64,000 bases of DNA. Origin: Dendrobates tinctorius (taxonomy: Eukaryota). The stretch lies in contig NW_027361672.1 of the NCBI RefSeq assembly GCF_039654945.1, forward strand, positions 12,338,001 through 12,402,000, given 5' to 3'. The translations under genes were made by a program, and so were the position numbers. Of the stretch, positions 13,356 to 25,330 are shown piece after piece (positions within the stretch are counted from its first letter, which is position 1; every line of letters begins with the position of its first letter). The notes under the pieces are model-generated. The model saw nothing but the letters and a program-made list of their open reading frames with translations, made no database searches and was not told the origin of the DNA.

Positions 13356-14097
13356 TAAAAGACACTTTTTGTTGTAAAAAGTTTTTGCATTACCACATTT
13401 TGAGAGCAATAATTTTTCCGTATTTTGACCCACAGAGTCACGTGAGGTCTTACTTTTTGCGGGACGAGTTGACGTTTTTATCGGTACCATTTTCGGGCAT
13501 GTGACATTTTTTGATCGCTTTTTATTCTGATTTTTGTGATGCAGAATGAACAAAAACAAGCATTTCATGAATTTCTTTTAGGGGGGCTGTTTACACTGTT
13601 CGTGGTGTGGTAAAATTGATAAAGCAGTTTTATTCTTCGGGTCAGTTCGATTACAGCGATACCTCATTTATATCATTTTTTTATGTTTTAGCGCTTTTAT
13701 ACAATATAAACAATTTTATATAAAAAAATTATTTTTGCATCACTTTATTCTGTGAGCTATAACTTTTTTATTTTTTCACTGATGACGCTGTATGGTGGCT
13801 TGTTTTTTGCAGGACAAGATGACGTTTTCAGCAGTACCATGGATATTTATATAAGTGTTTTTGATCACGCGTTATTGAACATTTTGTTCGGCGGTGTGAT
13901 GATAAAGCATTGTTTTTTGCTTTGTCTTTTTTTAAGGGGTTCACTAAGGGGGTTAACTAGTGGGACAGTTTTAAAGGGCGGGTTGTTACGGACGCAGCAA
14001 TACTAAATATGTGTACTTTCTTTTTTTCATTTAAAAAAACAAAAGAATTTATTAGGGAATTTTTTTTATTTATTTGCAAATTTTTTAATAATCATTT

Positions 14098-15044
14098 TGT
14101 CACGCCGTGCTCACCTGGGGGCGGGACCTCGGTCCCGACGTCATCTCTTCCGGAGCTGCGGTCACTCCGGGGGTCCCGTAGGGTGCGCACGCGCAGCTCT
14201 CGTCCCCGGGCCTCCTCCTACATGTCACGTTTGCGCTTGCGCGCTCCTGTCAGTGCTGTATAGGGCTCGGTCCTCTCTATGGTAATGGAGGACCTGACCC
14301 GGAACCTGTAGTGGTCATGTGCTTTCTGGCTAGTTCCTGACCCGGAACCAGTAGTAGTCATGTGCTATATCAGACGACCTCCCCCTAGGGGAGGTGCCTG
14401 ATTATTGTTGTGCTTCCTGGCTTGGTCTGCCGTGTCCCTGCCTGGCTGTGCGCTGTACTCAGGTCCTCTGCCTTGCACTCTGTTGTGCCTCTTGGCACAC
14501 GCTCTGAATCTGCACTCTGCTTTGTACTTGGTTGTGCCTCCTGGCACACGCTCTGACCCTGTGTTCTGTCTCGTACTCGGTTGTGCCTCCTGGCACATGC
14601 TCTGACACTGTACTCTGTCTCATACTCGGTTGTGCCTCCTGGCACACGCTCTTACCCTGTACTCTGTCTTATACTCAGTCGTGCCTCCTGGCACACACTC
14701 CGATTCCGTGCTCTGTCTTATACTCAGTTGTACCTCCTGGCACACCTGCTGCCTGACTCAGTGCTCTGACGTGCTCCTTGCACGCTTCCTGCTTCACTCA
14801 CACCCGGACGAACGAAGTCTCTGTATACCACGTGTTCCCGTGTCCACACTTTACACGTCCCTGCAGACACTCTCACCCACTCGTGTCTCCTGTGAGCCGG
14901 CCGCCTGGTGCCAGCAGTCGTGGTGCCTCACCCCCTGGGGCTTGCCCCTGACACTCCCTGTATAGGGGGTGGTCTTCACTAGGTCAGCTCGCCCTGGGAG
15001 GGTTGGTGTCACGACCCAGAGGGTCCACTCCAGGAGTCGTCACA
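14098..15044. mobile_element. Solo LTR (probably Gypsy-type) with internal ~57-bp tandem repeats
   Basis: TGTCACG...CGTCACA termini; exact 5-bp TSD CATTT (14093-14097 and 15045-15049); repeated ttgtgcctcctggcacac unit at ~14460-14760. Confidence 0.85.
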
Positions 15045-15082
15045 CATTTTTACACTTGTTTTTTTACTTTATTACTTTGTCC

Positions 15083-17320
15083 CAGGTGGCCTCTGCTCCG
15101 AGCCAGGGTTACCATGTGTGAGGGTGTGCCCCAGGGTGCTGCTTCCTGCTGTGGGTGTCCCTGCTCTGAGCCAGGGTTACCCTGTGTGAGGCTGTGCGCC
15201 AAGGTGCTGCTTCCTGCTGTGGGTGGCCCTGCTCTGAGCCAGGGTTACCCTGTGTGAGGCTGTGACCCAGGGTGCTGCTTCCTGCTGTGGGTGGCCCAGC
15301 TCTGAGCCAGGGTTACCCTGTGTGAGGCTGTGCGCCAAGGTGCTGCTTCCTGCTGTGGGTGGCCCTTGCTCTGAGCCAGGGTTACCCTGTGTGAGGCTGT
15401 CACCTAGGGTGCTGCTTCCTGCTGTGAGTGGCCCTGCTCTGAGCCAGGGTTACCCTGTGTGAGGCTGTGACCCAGGGTGCTGCTTCCTGCTGTGGGTGTC
15501 CCTGCTCTGAGCCAGGGTTACCCTGTGTGAGGCTGTGCGCCAAGGTGCTGCTTCCTGCTGTGGGTGGCCCTGCTCTGAGCCAGGGTTACCCTGTGTGAGG
15601 CTGTGCCCTAGGGTGCTTCTTCCTGCTGTGGGTGGCCCTGCTCTGAGCCAGGGTTACCCTGTGTGAGGCTGTGACCCAGGGTGCTGCTTCCTGCTGTGGG
15701 TGTCCCTGCTCTGAGCCAGGGTTACCCTGTGTGAGGCTGTGCGCCAAGGTGCTGCTTCCTGCTGTGGGTGGCCCTGCTCTGAGCCAGGGTTACCCTGTGT
15801 GAGGCTGTGCCCTAGGGTGCTTCTTCCTGCTGTGGGTGGCCCTGCTCTGAGCCAGGGTTACCCTGTGTGAGGCTGTGACCCAGGGTGCTGCTTCCTGCTG
15901 TGGGTGGCCCTTGCTCTGAGCCAGGGTTACCCTGTGTGAGGCTGTCACCTAGGGTGCTGCTTCCTGCTGTGGGTGGCCCTGCTCTGAGCCAGGGTTACCC
16001 TGTGTGAGGCTGTGACCCAGGGTGCTGCTTCCTGCTGTGGGTGTCCCTGCTCTGAGCCAGGGTTACCCTGTGTGAGGCTGTGCGCCAAGGTGCTGCTTCC
16101 TGCTGTGGGTGGCCCTGCTCTGAGCCAGGGTTACCCTGTGTGAGGCTGTGCCCTAGGGTGCTTCTTCCTGCTGTGGGTGGCCCTGCTCTGAGCCAGGGTT
16201 ACCCTGTGTGAGGCTGTGACCCAGGGTGCTGCTTCCTGCTGTGGGTGTCCCTGCTCTGAGCCAGGGTTACCCTGTGTGAGGCTGTGCCCTGGGGTGCTGC
16301 TTCCTGCTGTGGGTGGCCCTGCTCTGAGCCAGGGTTACCCTGTGTGAGGCTGTGCCCTAGGGTGCTTCTTCCTGCTGTGGGTGGCCCTGCTCTGAGCCAG
16401 GGTTACCCTGTGTGAGGCTGTGACCCAGGGTGCTGCTTCCTGCTGTGGGTGGCCCAGCTCTGAGCCAGGGTTACCCTGTGTGAGGCTCTGCGCCAGGGTG
16501 CTGCTTCCTGCTATGGGTGGCCCTGCTCTGAGCCAGGGTTACCCTGTGTGAGGCTGTGCCCCAGGGTGCTGCTTCCTGCTGTGGGTGGCCCTGCTCTGAG
16601 CCAGGGTTACCCTGTGTGAGGCTGTGCCCTGGGGTGCTGCTTCCTGCTGTGGGTGGCCCTTGCTCTGAGCCAGGGTTACCCTGTGTGAGGCTGTGCCCCA
16701 GGGTGCTGCTTCCTGCTGTGGGTGGCCCTGCTCTGAGCCAGGGTTACCCTGTGTGAGGCTGTGCCCCAGGGTGCTGCTTCCTGCTGTGGGTGGTCCTGCT
16801 CTGAGCCAGGGTTACCCTGTGTGAGGCTGTGCCCCAGGGTGCTGCTTCCTGCTGTGGGTGGTCCTGCTCTGAGCCAGGGTTACCCTGTGTGACGCTGTGC
16901 CCCAGGGTGCTGCTTCCTGCTGTGGGTGGCCCTGCTCTGAGCCAGGGTTACCCTGTGTGAGACTGTGCCCCAGGGTGCTGCTTCCTGCTGTGGGTGGTCC
17001 TGCTCTGAGCCAGGGTTACCCTGTGTGACGCTGTGCCCCAGGGTGCTGCTTCCTGCTGTGGGTGGCCCTGCTCTGAGCCAGGGTTACCCTGTGTGAGACT
17101 GTGCCCCAGGGTGCTGCTTCCTGCTGTGGGTGGCCCTGCTCTGAGCCAGGGTTACCCTGTGTGAGGCTGTGCCCCGGGGTGCTGCTTCCTGCTGTGGGTG
17201 GCCCTGCTCTGAGCCAGGGTTACCCTGTGTGAGGCTGTGCCCTGGGGTGCTGCTTCCTGCTGTGGGTGGCCCTGCTCTGAGCCAGGGTTACCCTGTGTGA
17301 GGCTGTGCCCCAGGTTACCT
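15083..17320. repeat. 68-bp-unit GC-rich tandem array, about 33 copies
   Basis: Unit ccagggttaccctgtgtgaggctgtgccccagggtgctgcttcctgctgtgggtggccctgctctgag starts at 15103, 15171, 15239 and so on, at very high identity. Confidence 0.98.
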
Positions 17321-17329
17321 TATGCCCTC

Positions 17330-17960
17330 AGCCCTTGCCGCGGTGCCATGTTATGTGCTTCCTGTGCCCGGCCATGGCTGCCAGAGCAGGAGGAGGCGGC
17401 TGGGGAGGTGACTGCCTGAGACATGGAAGGTTGGAGGGAAAAGACAGAGCGCTGCTGTTATCTGCCTCCCCTCCTCCTATCTCCGTGCACTCCCCACCCC
17501 CTCTCCTGTCTCTTTAAGCCTCTCCCCCTAGTAGTCCGTGGAAGGGATTTCTCCGCCGCCGGGATACGGTTATTTCCTGTTGGCTCGGAGTAACCTGGCT
17601 CTGGGGGGCATGGAGGGCAGCTGCGGGGGGCATGGGCACTAGCACTCTGCTTCGCCCGCGGTCGGACTGAGGTTGTGGACGCTGTGCTGCCGAATTGTGC
17701 GGACCTCACTGCCTGGTACCAGCGCGCACAAGAGGGGCAAAATGACGGACGAGAGCTCGGAGGTGCCCAAGGAATTACAGGGTAAGAATGGCCGCCTGGC
17801 GAGTAACCCTTTCCTGCTCTGCAGGTGACAGCGGCCGCTCGCAGCCCAGGGGTTAATGGGGTGGGCGTGGCTGTACGGGGGACGTTGGGGACCTGGCTGT
17901 GGGCGCCGGGGCTGGTCTGACAGGGGAGGAGGGCATGGACTTTATTTGGGGGCAAAACTG
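17330..17960 (+). promoter_or_regulatory. GC/CpG-rich promoter, 5' UTR and first-exon region of CARMIL1
   Basis: Non-repetitive GC-rich sequence with many CpGs and GC-box-like motifs (ccccacccc, gggcgtggc) around the start codon. The transcription start cannot be placed from sequence. Confidence 0.7.
17742..17781 (+). CDS. CARMIL1: CARMIL1 (LRRC16A, capping protein regulator and myosin 1 linker 1), coding exon 1
   Basis: Reads MTDESSEVPKELQ plus one base (40 nt, phase 1), followed by a GTAAG donor. Closely matches the recalled vertebrate CARMIL1 N-terminus (MTEESSDVPRELI) and joins exon 2 in frame (G+AA = Glu). Confidence 0.95.
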
Positions 17961-20461
17961 CAGCCTCAGTTGGGATTGTGGGCGGTGAGGAGACCCCCAG
18001 ACTGGTCGGTGGAACAGGTGGGAATGATGCTTTATATATGTGACCCCCTCCCATGTATATAGTGACAGGTCTATGAGGGGGTCACATATTTTAGGTATCC
18101 CCTCTGTCATTTTCACATGTCCCCCAGATGGAGCCGGCAGCCCCCAATACTTTCTATGGAATGTGGTAAAAGCGCCAAATATCAGTGCAGCGCTATCCGA
18201 AAATGGTGTGTGTATCCCCCTTATTCTCAGGGGCCCCCTAGTAATATTGTCAGAAAATATCAGCCCCTCCAATGATTTGGGGTCTCTGCGCTGATTTGGG
18301 GCGTACTGCAGCTTTGGCTAAAAACCTATTGATTTGATAGGAGCCCAAATCTCCAGAGTAGACGACCCCCATTGAACGGCCGAGGGGTGTAAAACACGGG
18401 GGTCCGCACGGCGGAATCTGTCCAGTGTCAGAAGATTTCCGGGGGGTTCCCTGGTAGTGAATAACGTGCGGTACGAGATTCCGCGTGGGTGCGATGGCGT
18501 GTGTGACATGACATCCATCATATGAGAAGAACTGGTGCGATTCTGTGGGGTCCGGGGGTTATCATCTGCTCTTCAGTGGACCAGCAACGGCCGCCGTTTT
18601 GCTTGTACCCCATGTGAATTTGGACCACGATGCACAGAGCAGCCGCTAGTTTCTGGCTATGATCGCGTGTGTTTCGTAACATTTTGTAGAATAAAACGGA
18701 CGCTAAGATCCATGTATTTGTTCTGTTGAGAACTGGTCCGTTTTCCCTAGTGATGTCTCTGAGCATGTGCAGCGCTCGGCAACGGATCCGTTAAACAGGT
18801 GGCATCCGTTACGATGTTTCCCATAGACGTTGTCATAACAATGGACGTTTCCATTTTGTCCGCCGTCTGTTATTTCTTTCTGGACAGAAAAAAAAAATTG
18901 TCGTGCAGATTTGTTTGTCCATCCAAAAAACAGATAGCGGACAGTACAGGTGTAAACTGATGACGTTTTTTTTTGGGGGGGGACTTTAAATAAGGGGCTC
19001 AGAATTTTAAAAGAAGAAAAATCCTAAACAGGGCTGCGCTCCCAGATCAGAAAAGAAATCACAGCTGGATGCAACAATCCCTTCTGTTTGGGCCTACGGC
19101 AGTGTGACGCCTTCTTCAGACATTTAGATCAGTATTTATATGAAAAATAGTAGTGCCACAGATCACCAAAAGTGAGCGGAGCAAAAATTGCATACGATTG
19201 TAAAAAAGCATAATTCAAAGAAATGGGTTCTGTAGCTGAACGTTTTATTTCTGTTTTTCTGCTTCAAACTAAATAAATGTCACAAACACAGTTTTTGTTT
19301 CGCTGCAGCTTACTCAGGGGCAGCCACCAGCAACAGAAAGACTCCGTGCTGCCTATGGACTACTTGACTTCTCGCCGCTGATTTGATGATGGATATTGGC
19401 TTACCATAGCCCAATGCATTCATTCATTGTTCATTAATAAATCCCTTACCTGTGCCTATCAATTGCTAACTGTGGGACATGGATTAATAAAAGTACACTA
19501 CCAGTCGAGATAGGTGATGTGTCTTGATGAAATCTGATGACATTTGGGCTTTGTGATCTGACTGTTGTCCAGCTTTTTAAATTATGGCCTTGAAATGAAA
19601 GGGTGAAGTCTTTAAAGGGAACCTGACAGGTGATATCGGCTGTCCAAACCGTGGGCAGCTGTATCAGCCGCTGGCTGTATGATCTGAGCCAGGTGTGTTA
19701 GACTCTGAAATACTGCAACGTGTCATCGAAAAAATACTTTCAAGAACTGTCAGAGACCCGGCGTATTCTCCCCGCCTGCTGATCGTGACAAAGCTCTGCC
19801 CACATGGTCATATAGGTCAGTCAGCAGGCAGGGAGATAATGCCGGGGACCCGCCTGTGCGACTAGTGCACAGTGCGGCTCAGTCCGCAGCCGCTAGCAAT
19901 AGTCTGGTTTTTCTCTGAAACGCCACAGTGTTAGACATACCTGGCTGTGATTGTACAGCCTGTGGCGGATACGCGCTGCCCACAGTTTGAGATATTAACG
20001 CTTTTCTCTTGTTTAGAGACCAACCACTGCTGCAATGTTGCTTGTAAGCACTGCGCCAAAGCTGGCCAGAATTAGGAGGCACTGGCATGTTCCAGCAATC
20101 ATGGTCAGATTCAAAACAGTGCTTAATGGCTCAATGGAAAAGAGCTTGTAAGCGCTGCGTATGTTCTGCTGTATAGCAGCTGTGGTCGGTCTCTAAGGCA
20201 ACAAGCGGTAAACAAAATTAAGTCATTGGCTCAAGAAATGCTGAAAAATGTAATGAGCAGTAGATTGCTTCCATATTTATAAGTGCATATTGTTAAATAG
20301 TGCTTGCAAATACAAGAAATCTATTAAAAATGTAGATGTCAAATAGCTGCTGATCAATGGGGATCCAGTTACAAAGACCCCATTGATCGCAGACCACGCT
20401 AATCTGATGTGCAGCTCTTGTATGTAGTGCGTGCACAGAGCTGTGTATGGGCTCAACATTA

Positions 20462-21276
20462 ATGGTACTTAGCGATGCACCAGCGATCCTGACAGTGATA
20501 TGACCCGGTCAGGATCGCTGGTGCATCGCTAAGTGGTCGCTAGAGTTGAGCGAAACAGGTCGGTCAGATTCAAAAGTCGCCGACTTTCGCCAAAGTCGGG
20601 TTTCATGAAACGAAACCCAACCACAGTGTGAAGTTGGCCATGCGGTCGGCGACCCAAGCGCCAAAGTCGGGTTTCGCCGAATGCTTGTACCTGACTTTTT
20701 TCAGCCAATGAGAGAAGTGGAGCGTAGCGGGAGTGGGAGAGAGGGAGAGGGAGAAGAGAGAGAGAGATTTCGCCGCCTCTAGGGTTAAAATTCATGCCAG
20801 GTGTATTTACAGTCCTCCACTCACTGGCGACTTTTCTCCCCATTGACTTGCATTGGGTTTCATGTTTCACGACTTTTCCTGACTTTTCCCTATAGTCGGC
20901 CGATTTCGTTCTACTCGACATGTGAGAAAGTCGGATTTCATGAAACCTGACTCGACCCTAAAAGAGGCAAAATTGCTCATCTCTAGTGGTCGCTAGTGAG
21001 CTGCCAAACAGGCAGATCTCACCAGTGATGCAGCAGCGGTCGCTACTTACCTGTCAGACGAGGCGATCCTGACGTCCTCCCGCTCGTCGCCACAGCAGGA
21101 AGCTGACGACGAGAAATGGGCCAGGCCGTTCTCGCGCGATCAGCGATAACCAGCGGGGGAGCCGGTCGGAGGCAAGTATCACACATAGCGATATCGCTAG
21201 CAATATCGCTGCTGCGTCACAAAACCAGTGATGTTATAGCGATATTGCTAGCGATATCGCTTAGTGTGACGGGGCC
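20462..21276. mobile_element. Harbinger-type MITE (gcgat/atcgct family) split by a hAT insertion
   Basis: Reverse-orientation relative of 8750-9153; ends gtgtgacggggcc-TTA; left end damaged. Confidence 0.8.
20541..20985. mobile_element. Non-autonomous hAT element
   Basis: TIR TAGAGTTGAGC...GCTCATCTCTA; exact 8-bp TSD GTGGTCGC (20533-20540 and 20986-20993). Confidence 0.92.
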
Positions 21277-22158
21277 TTAAGTCAGTGGGTTCTAACACCA
21301 CTGTCAGATAGTGTTTGGACCCATACACTTACTATTGAGTACAAACAATGCTCTGTGTGCACATTTACTGCATAATGATGGTTACAGTTTGATGGGTGAG
21401 TGGCACAGAATGACTGTTCAAACCTAGATTAGGTTTGAACAGAAGTGGAGAGAGAGACTACAATAACAAATCGTAGTATATGCTATTTACTGGACAAGTA
21501 ACGAGAGGTCAAACAATCCGAGGTCAGGTTCAGGAAATGGTGCAGTACAACAAGGGGTAGTCAGAGACGAAATCCAATACACGAGCCGAGGTCAGGAAAA
21601 CCAGAGACAAGACCGTTTACAGGGAGGAGGCACCAGAGAGGTCAGGTTACAGGCGAAGAGTCTAAGTCCAGGAAGGGAACAAAGTCAGGCTGGGTCAGGC
21701 ACAGAGAGATCAGTCTTACACAGGCAGCAGCAAGTGTACGATTGACACTGGATGAAGGAGCTAGCATGCTTAAGAAGAGGACTAGTCAAGGAAAGTGAAC
21801 ACAGATGATTAGACCCAGCACAACCAAAACAGAATGACAGCTTCTACAACATAGCAGACCAGAACAGTGTGGAGATCGTGACAGAACCATTACAATTTGC
21901 ACTTTCCTAAAGAGGGTCAGATCCTGGTGCCTATTCATGTTTCCTGCTTTCTACCCTTCCATCTTCAAGAACTGATTGTTGATGGGAATTTTCAGGCTAA
22001 GGCAAACTAGCATGCCGAATCTTGATGGTGAGCAGTATACACAATGCACATTGAGAAAAACTGGAAAAGAATCCCATCGGCACGTGACTGCAAATATGGA
22101 AATTGCATGCTTGTATATGAGATTACCACTCGAACCGGTAAGCACAGCCGAATCCTAG

Positions 22159-22544
22159 GGCTATGTGCACACGTTGCAGATTCTGCTGAGGAATTTTCCA
22201 CGCAGATTTTTCTAAATCCGCAGGTAAAATGACCTGCGTTTTACCTGCGGATTTAGTGCAGATTTAATGCGGATTTTGTGTGGATTTCCCCTGCGGTTTT
22301 ACAACTGCGGATTTCTATCATGGAGCAGGTGTAAAACTGCTGCGGATATGCACAAAAGAAGTGACATGCTGCAGTTTTAAATCCGCAGGCAAATCTGCGT
22401 GGAAAAATCCACAGCATTTGCACTGCGTTTTTTGATTTCCATAGACTTGAATGGTACTGTACATCACTTGCATTTCTGCAGCGGATCCGCAGGGCAAAAT
22501 CCGCTACGGATCCGCAGCAGAATCCGCAACGTGTGCACACAGCC
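22159..22544. mobile_element. Harbinger-type MITE (ccgca/tgcgg-rich family)
   Basis: TIR ggctatgtgcacacgttgc...gcaacgtgtgcacacagcc; flanks TAG and TAA. Confidence 0.85.
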
Positions 22545-22934
22545 TAAGTGTGTGACTGTTGCTCGCTGTTAGGACTCATCCATGAAAATCTGTTAGTGCA
22601 CGGATTATAATGCATGGACCGGCCGCGGGTCTCCCGGCTGGATCGTGACAGCTTCATGTATTTCTATGAGGCTGTCAGTCCGGGTCTGGAGACCCCAGGC
22701 CTATCAGTGCATTGTGGTCCTAGATTGGACCAGTTTGCACAAATGTCTACATCAGCACTTAGGATACGGATGGCTACAGCTGAAAATTTATCCTAAAATT
22801 GAAACCCCCTTAACTAGTCATTTCTTAAAGTTGGAAGCTTGAAACCTGGGCAGACTTGGGGATCTGAAAGTCATTTCACGTGCAATTTGTAATGAACCTC
22901 TCAATGTTCATTGAGAAGCAGGAAAAAGAGGTAC

Positions 22935-23242
22935 TAGTGATGAGCGGATGTGCTCGGATAAGGTGTTATCCGAGCATGCTTGAGTGTTATCCGAATGTTT
23001 TCGGCGTGCTCGAATAATATGTCGCTTCCCCGCAGCTGCACGTCTCCTGGCTGTTCGACAGCTGCGACATATACAGGCATTGCCCGTTTGTTAGGCATTC
23101 CATGCATGTGTTGTGTTGCGGCTGTCCAATAACGGCAAGACATGCAGGTGCGGGGACTCTCATATTTAAGCACACAGAAGACACTCTTAGCACCCGAGCA
23201 TGCTCAGATAACACCTTATCCGAGCATGTTTGCTCATCACTA
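22935..23242. mobile_element. Non-autonomous hAT-like MITE
   Basis: Long TIR tagtgatgagcg...ctcggataaggtgttatc at both ends; the 8-bp flanks match only partly. Confidence 0.8.
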
Positions 23243-24700
23243 ATAACTACGCCTCACTACTGCATCCAGCACTGCCGCTGAGTTCAGTGATTGGATTGGC
23301 TGTAATCGTGTTGTCAGATCTGCCGTCAGTATACGTTGACTGGAGCAGAGAGCCCCTCTGAGAGCCGGTGTACCATCTGATATTATAACTTTAGCCCAGT
23401 GCTGCTCATTACTGGCCAGGAACTTGTATATAGAAAACTTTTAAACTTTTCCTTTAATAAATCGGACACAATTAAGTAGTTGATTTATGTTCATTGTATT
23501 GGCTTAAAGGTTCCTTATCGGAGCCAAGATTGCAGATATTGCCTTCATACATTAAGATGTGTGTAGACTTGAATGAATGAAGCGGTTTTACCTGCATTAC
23601 CTTCACCCTATCTATGTAAACTCTATCCAGTCTGGCCACGAGTGCATGCGAGCTGTATATACTGGATACAGAGGGCAGATTTCTGTGCAGTATATTAATA
23701 TATACCGTGCTGCTGAGCAGCTGATCCCAGTGGTTACTGTAGACCGCGGTATGCGACACTAGTACTACTTAGCCCTGAAGTATTTGGGTGCAACTTGCAG
23801 TAGTGTGTACGTAATTGCAGTATCACATCATAAAAAAGGTGAATCTGTTGTTACAAAGACCAGGGAATATAAATTCTGCAAAGAATTTATCCCCGAAAAT
23901 CACCACTTAAAGGGAACTTTCCCCATATATATTCGGGCCATCACCCAGATATGGGTTGACCTAGATGGACTTTAAAGTCTTCCTTCAACCTTAATAACTG
24001 TTACTATGTTACCTGTAACCCCTCAGCTTCAGCATAGACCTATAGTATATACAGTATACTACAATGCTGAAAAATGCTGGCCCTACTCTTTGTTGTGAAA
24101 GCCTAGTGACTGGTTCCCTCTAAGGACTGCCAGAGCACAAAGCTATTTGTGTAATGGGAACCTTTCATGTCCAGAAATGCTATATACCTGCAGATATAGG
24201 GTTAATCCTAGTGTTACAATAATGTCGGGCTGGCTTACCGGTGCAGCTTCTCATGGAAAAAATGTCAACTTCTATGCTCCCTGCCACTGCCCAACTTTCA
24301 GTCATTGGGGCGGTGCAGGGAGTGGTTACTGTCACCCCTCACTATACTATTAGTGCAATGTAATCATCACTCACATGCACTTTGATCGATGGCTCGCTCT
24401 GCGTGAGCGTGCACTCACACAGTCAGTGTCAGCCGTGCTCTCAGTATAGTGAGCAGTGACTGTAACCGCTTCCTGCACCACCCCAATGACTAGAAGTGAG
24501 CAGCTACCAGGAGGATATACCATAAGTTAATTTTTTCCCTATTGCCACTTCGCCTGTAAGACACCCTAACCTTCCTTTTTTTTTTTTTTTTTTTAAACGC
24601 TATTTAACTGGTTAACTAACTCTAGTTAACTAGAGTTTCTGGATATGACAGGTTCCCTGTAACTGCACTTTTTATGAACTGAATATAGTGTTCAAACTAA

Positions 24701-25272
24701 GCCCCCGTCACACACAGCGAGATCGCTGCTGAGTCACAAGTTTTGTGACACAACAACGATCTCGCCAGCGATATCGCTGTGTGTGACACCTATCAGCGAC
24801 GGGCTCCCCCTGCCGGGTATCGCTGATCGTGGTCAAAAGCCCTGAACTTTTTTTTGATCGATGGTCTCCCGCTGGCCAACACGCATTGCTGCGTGTGGCA
24901 GGCGGGAGAGCAACGATCAGCGAGCTCCCAGCTCGTATCCAAGGTAAACAGCGGGTTTTTAAGCGCCGCGCGGCGCTTAGAAACCCTCTGTGTACCTTAG
25001 CTACCAGCACGCTGGTGCAGGGAGCTGGTAGCCAAGGTAAACAACGGGTTTCTAAGCGCTGCACGGCGCTTAGAAACCCGCTGTTTACCTTGGTTACCAG
25101 CTCACTGCACCAGCGCGCTGGTATATAAGGTACACAGCGACGCGCGAGATCGTCATCGCTGGTGCTGATCGCTGGTGAAGCTGCCTGTGATCATGTAGCG
25201 ACACACCAGCGATCCTGACAAGTTCATATCGTTGTTGGGATCGCTGGTGAGTCGCTATGTGTGACGGGGGAC
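24701..25272. mobile_element. Harbinger-type MITE (gcgat family, long variant with internal inverted repeats)
   Basis: TIR cccccgtcacaca...tgtgtgacggggg; TAA and TTA flanks. Confidence 0.85.
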
Positions 25273-25330
25273 TTAAACTACAACCACAAGACAGATTTCA
25301 ACAACAAAGGTATCATTTTAATCAGTATAA

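Larger units (their letters stand above)
10263..15082 (+). mobile_element. Large non-autonomous piggyBac-like element (TTAA|CCCCTT end) with internal tandem repeats and two nested insertions; right end missing
   Basis: Begins TTAA-CCCCTT; homologous to the complete TTAA-flanked copy at 54483-55833; no transposase ORF. Confidence 0.7.

Noticed and set aside
15083-17320. CRISPR-like appearance, and ORFs, in the 68-bp array
   Set aside because: Units are contiguous with no unique spacers, the context is eukaryotic, and the ORFs are just translations of the repeat.
17458-18294. Long ORFs of 139-198 aa over the promoter and exon 1
   Set aside because: Pro/Ala/Gly-rich products typical of stop-poor GC-rich DNA; the real coding segment is the 40-nt exon.
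19090-19122. Minus-strand CTGAAGA-A-GGC...GCC resembling a hammerhead 5' core and helix II
   Set aside because: It is followed by GTAG rather than GAAA, and no helix I or III is evident; at best a decayed relic.
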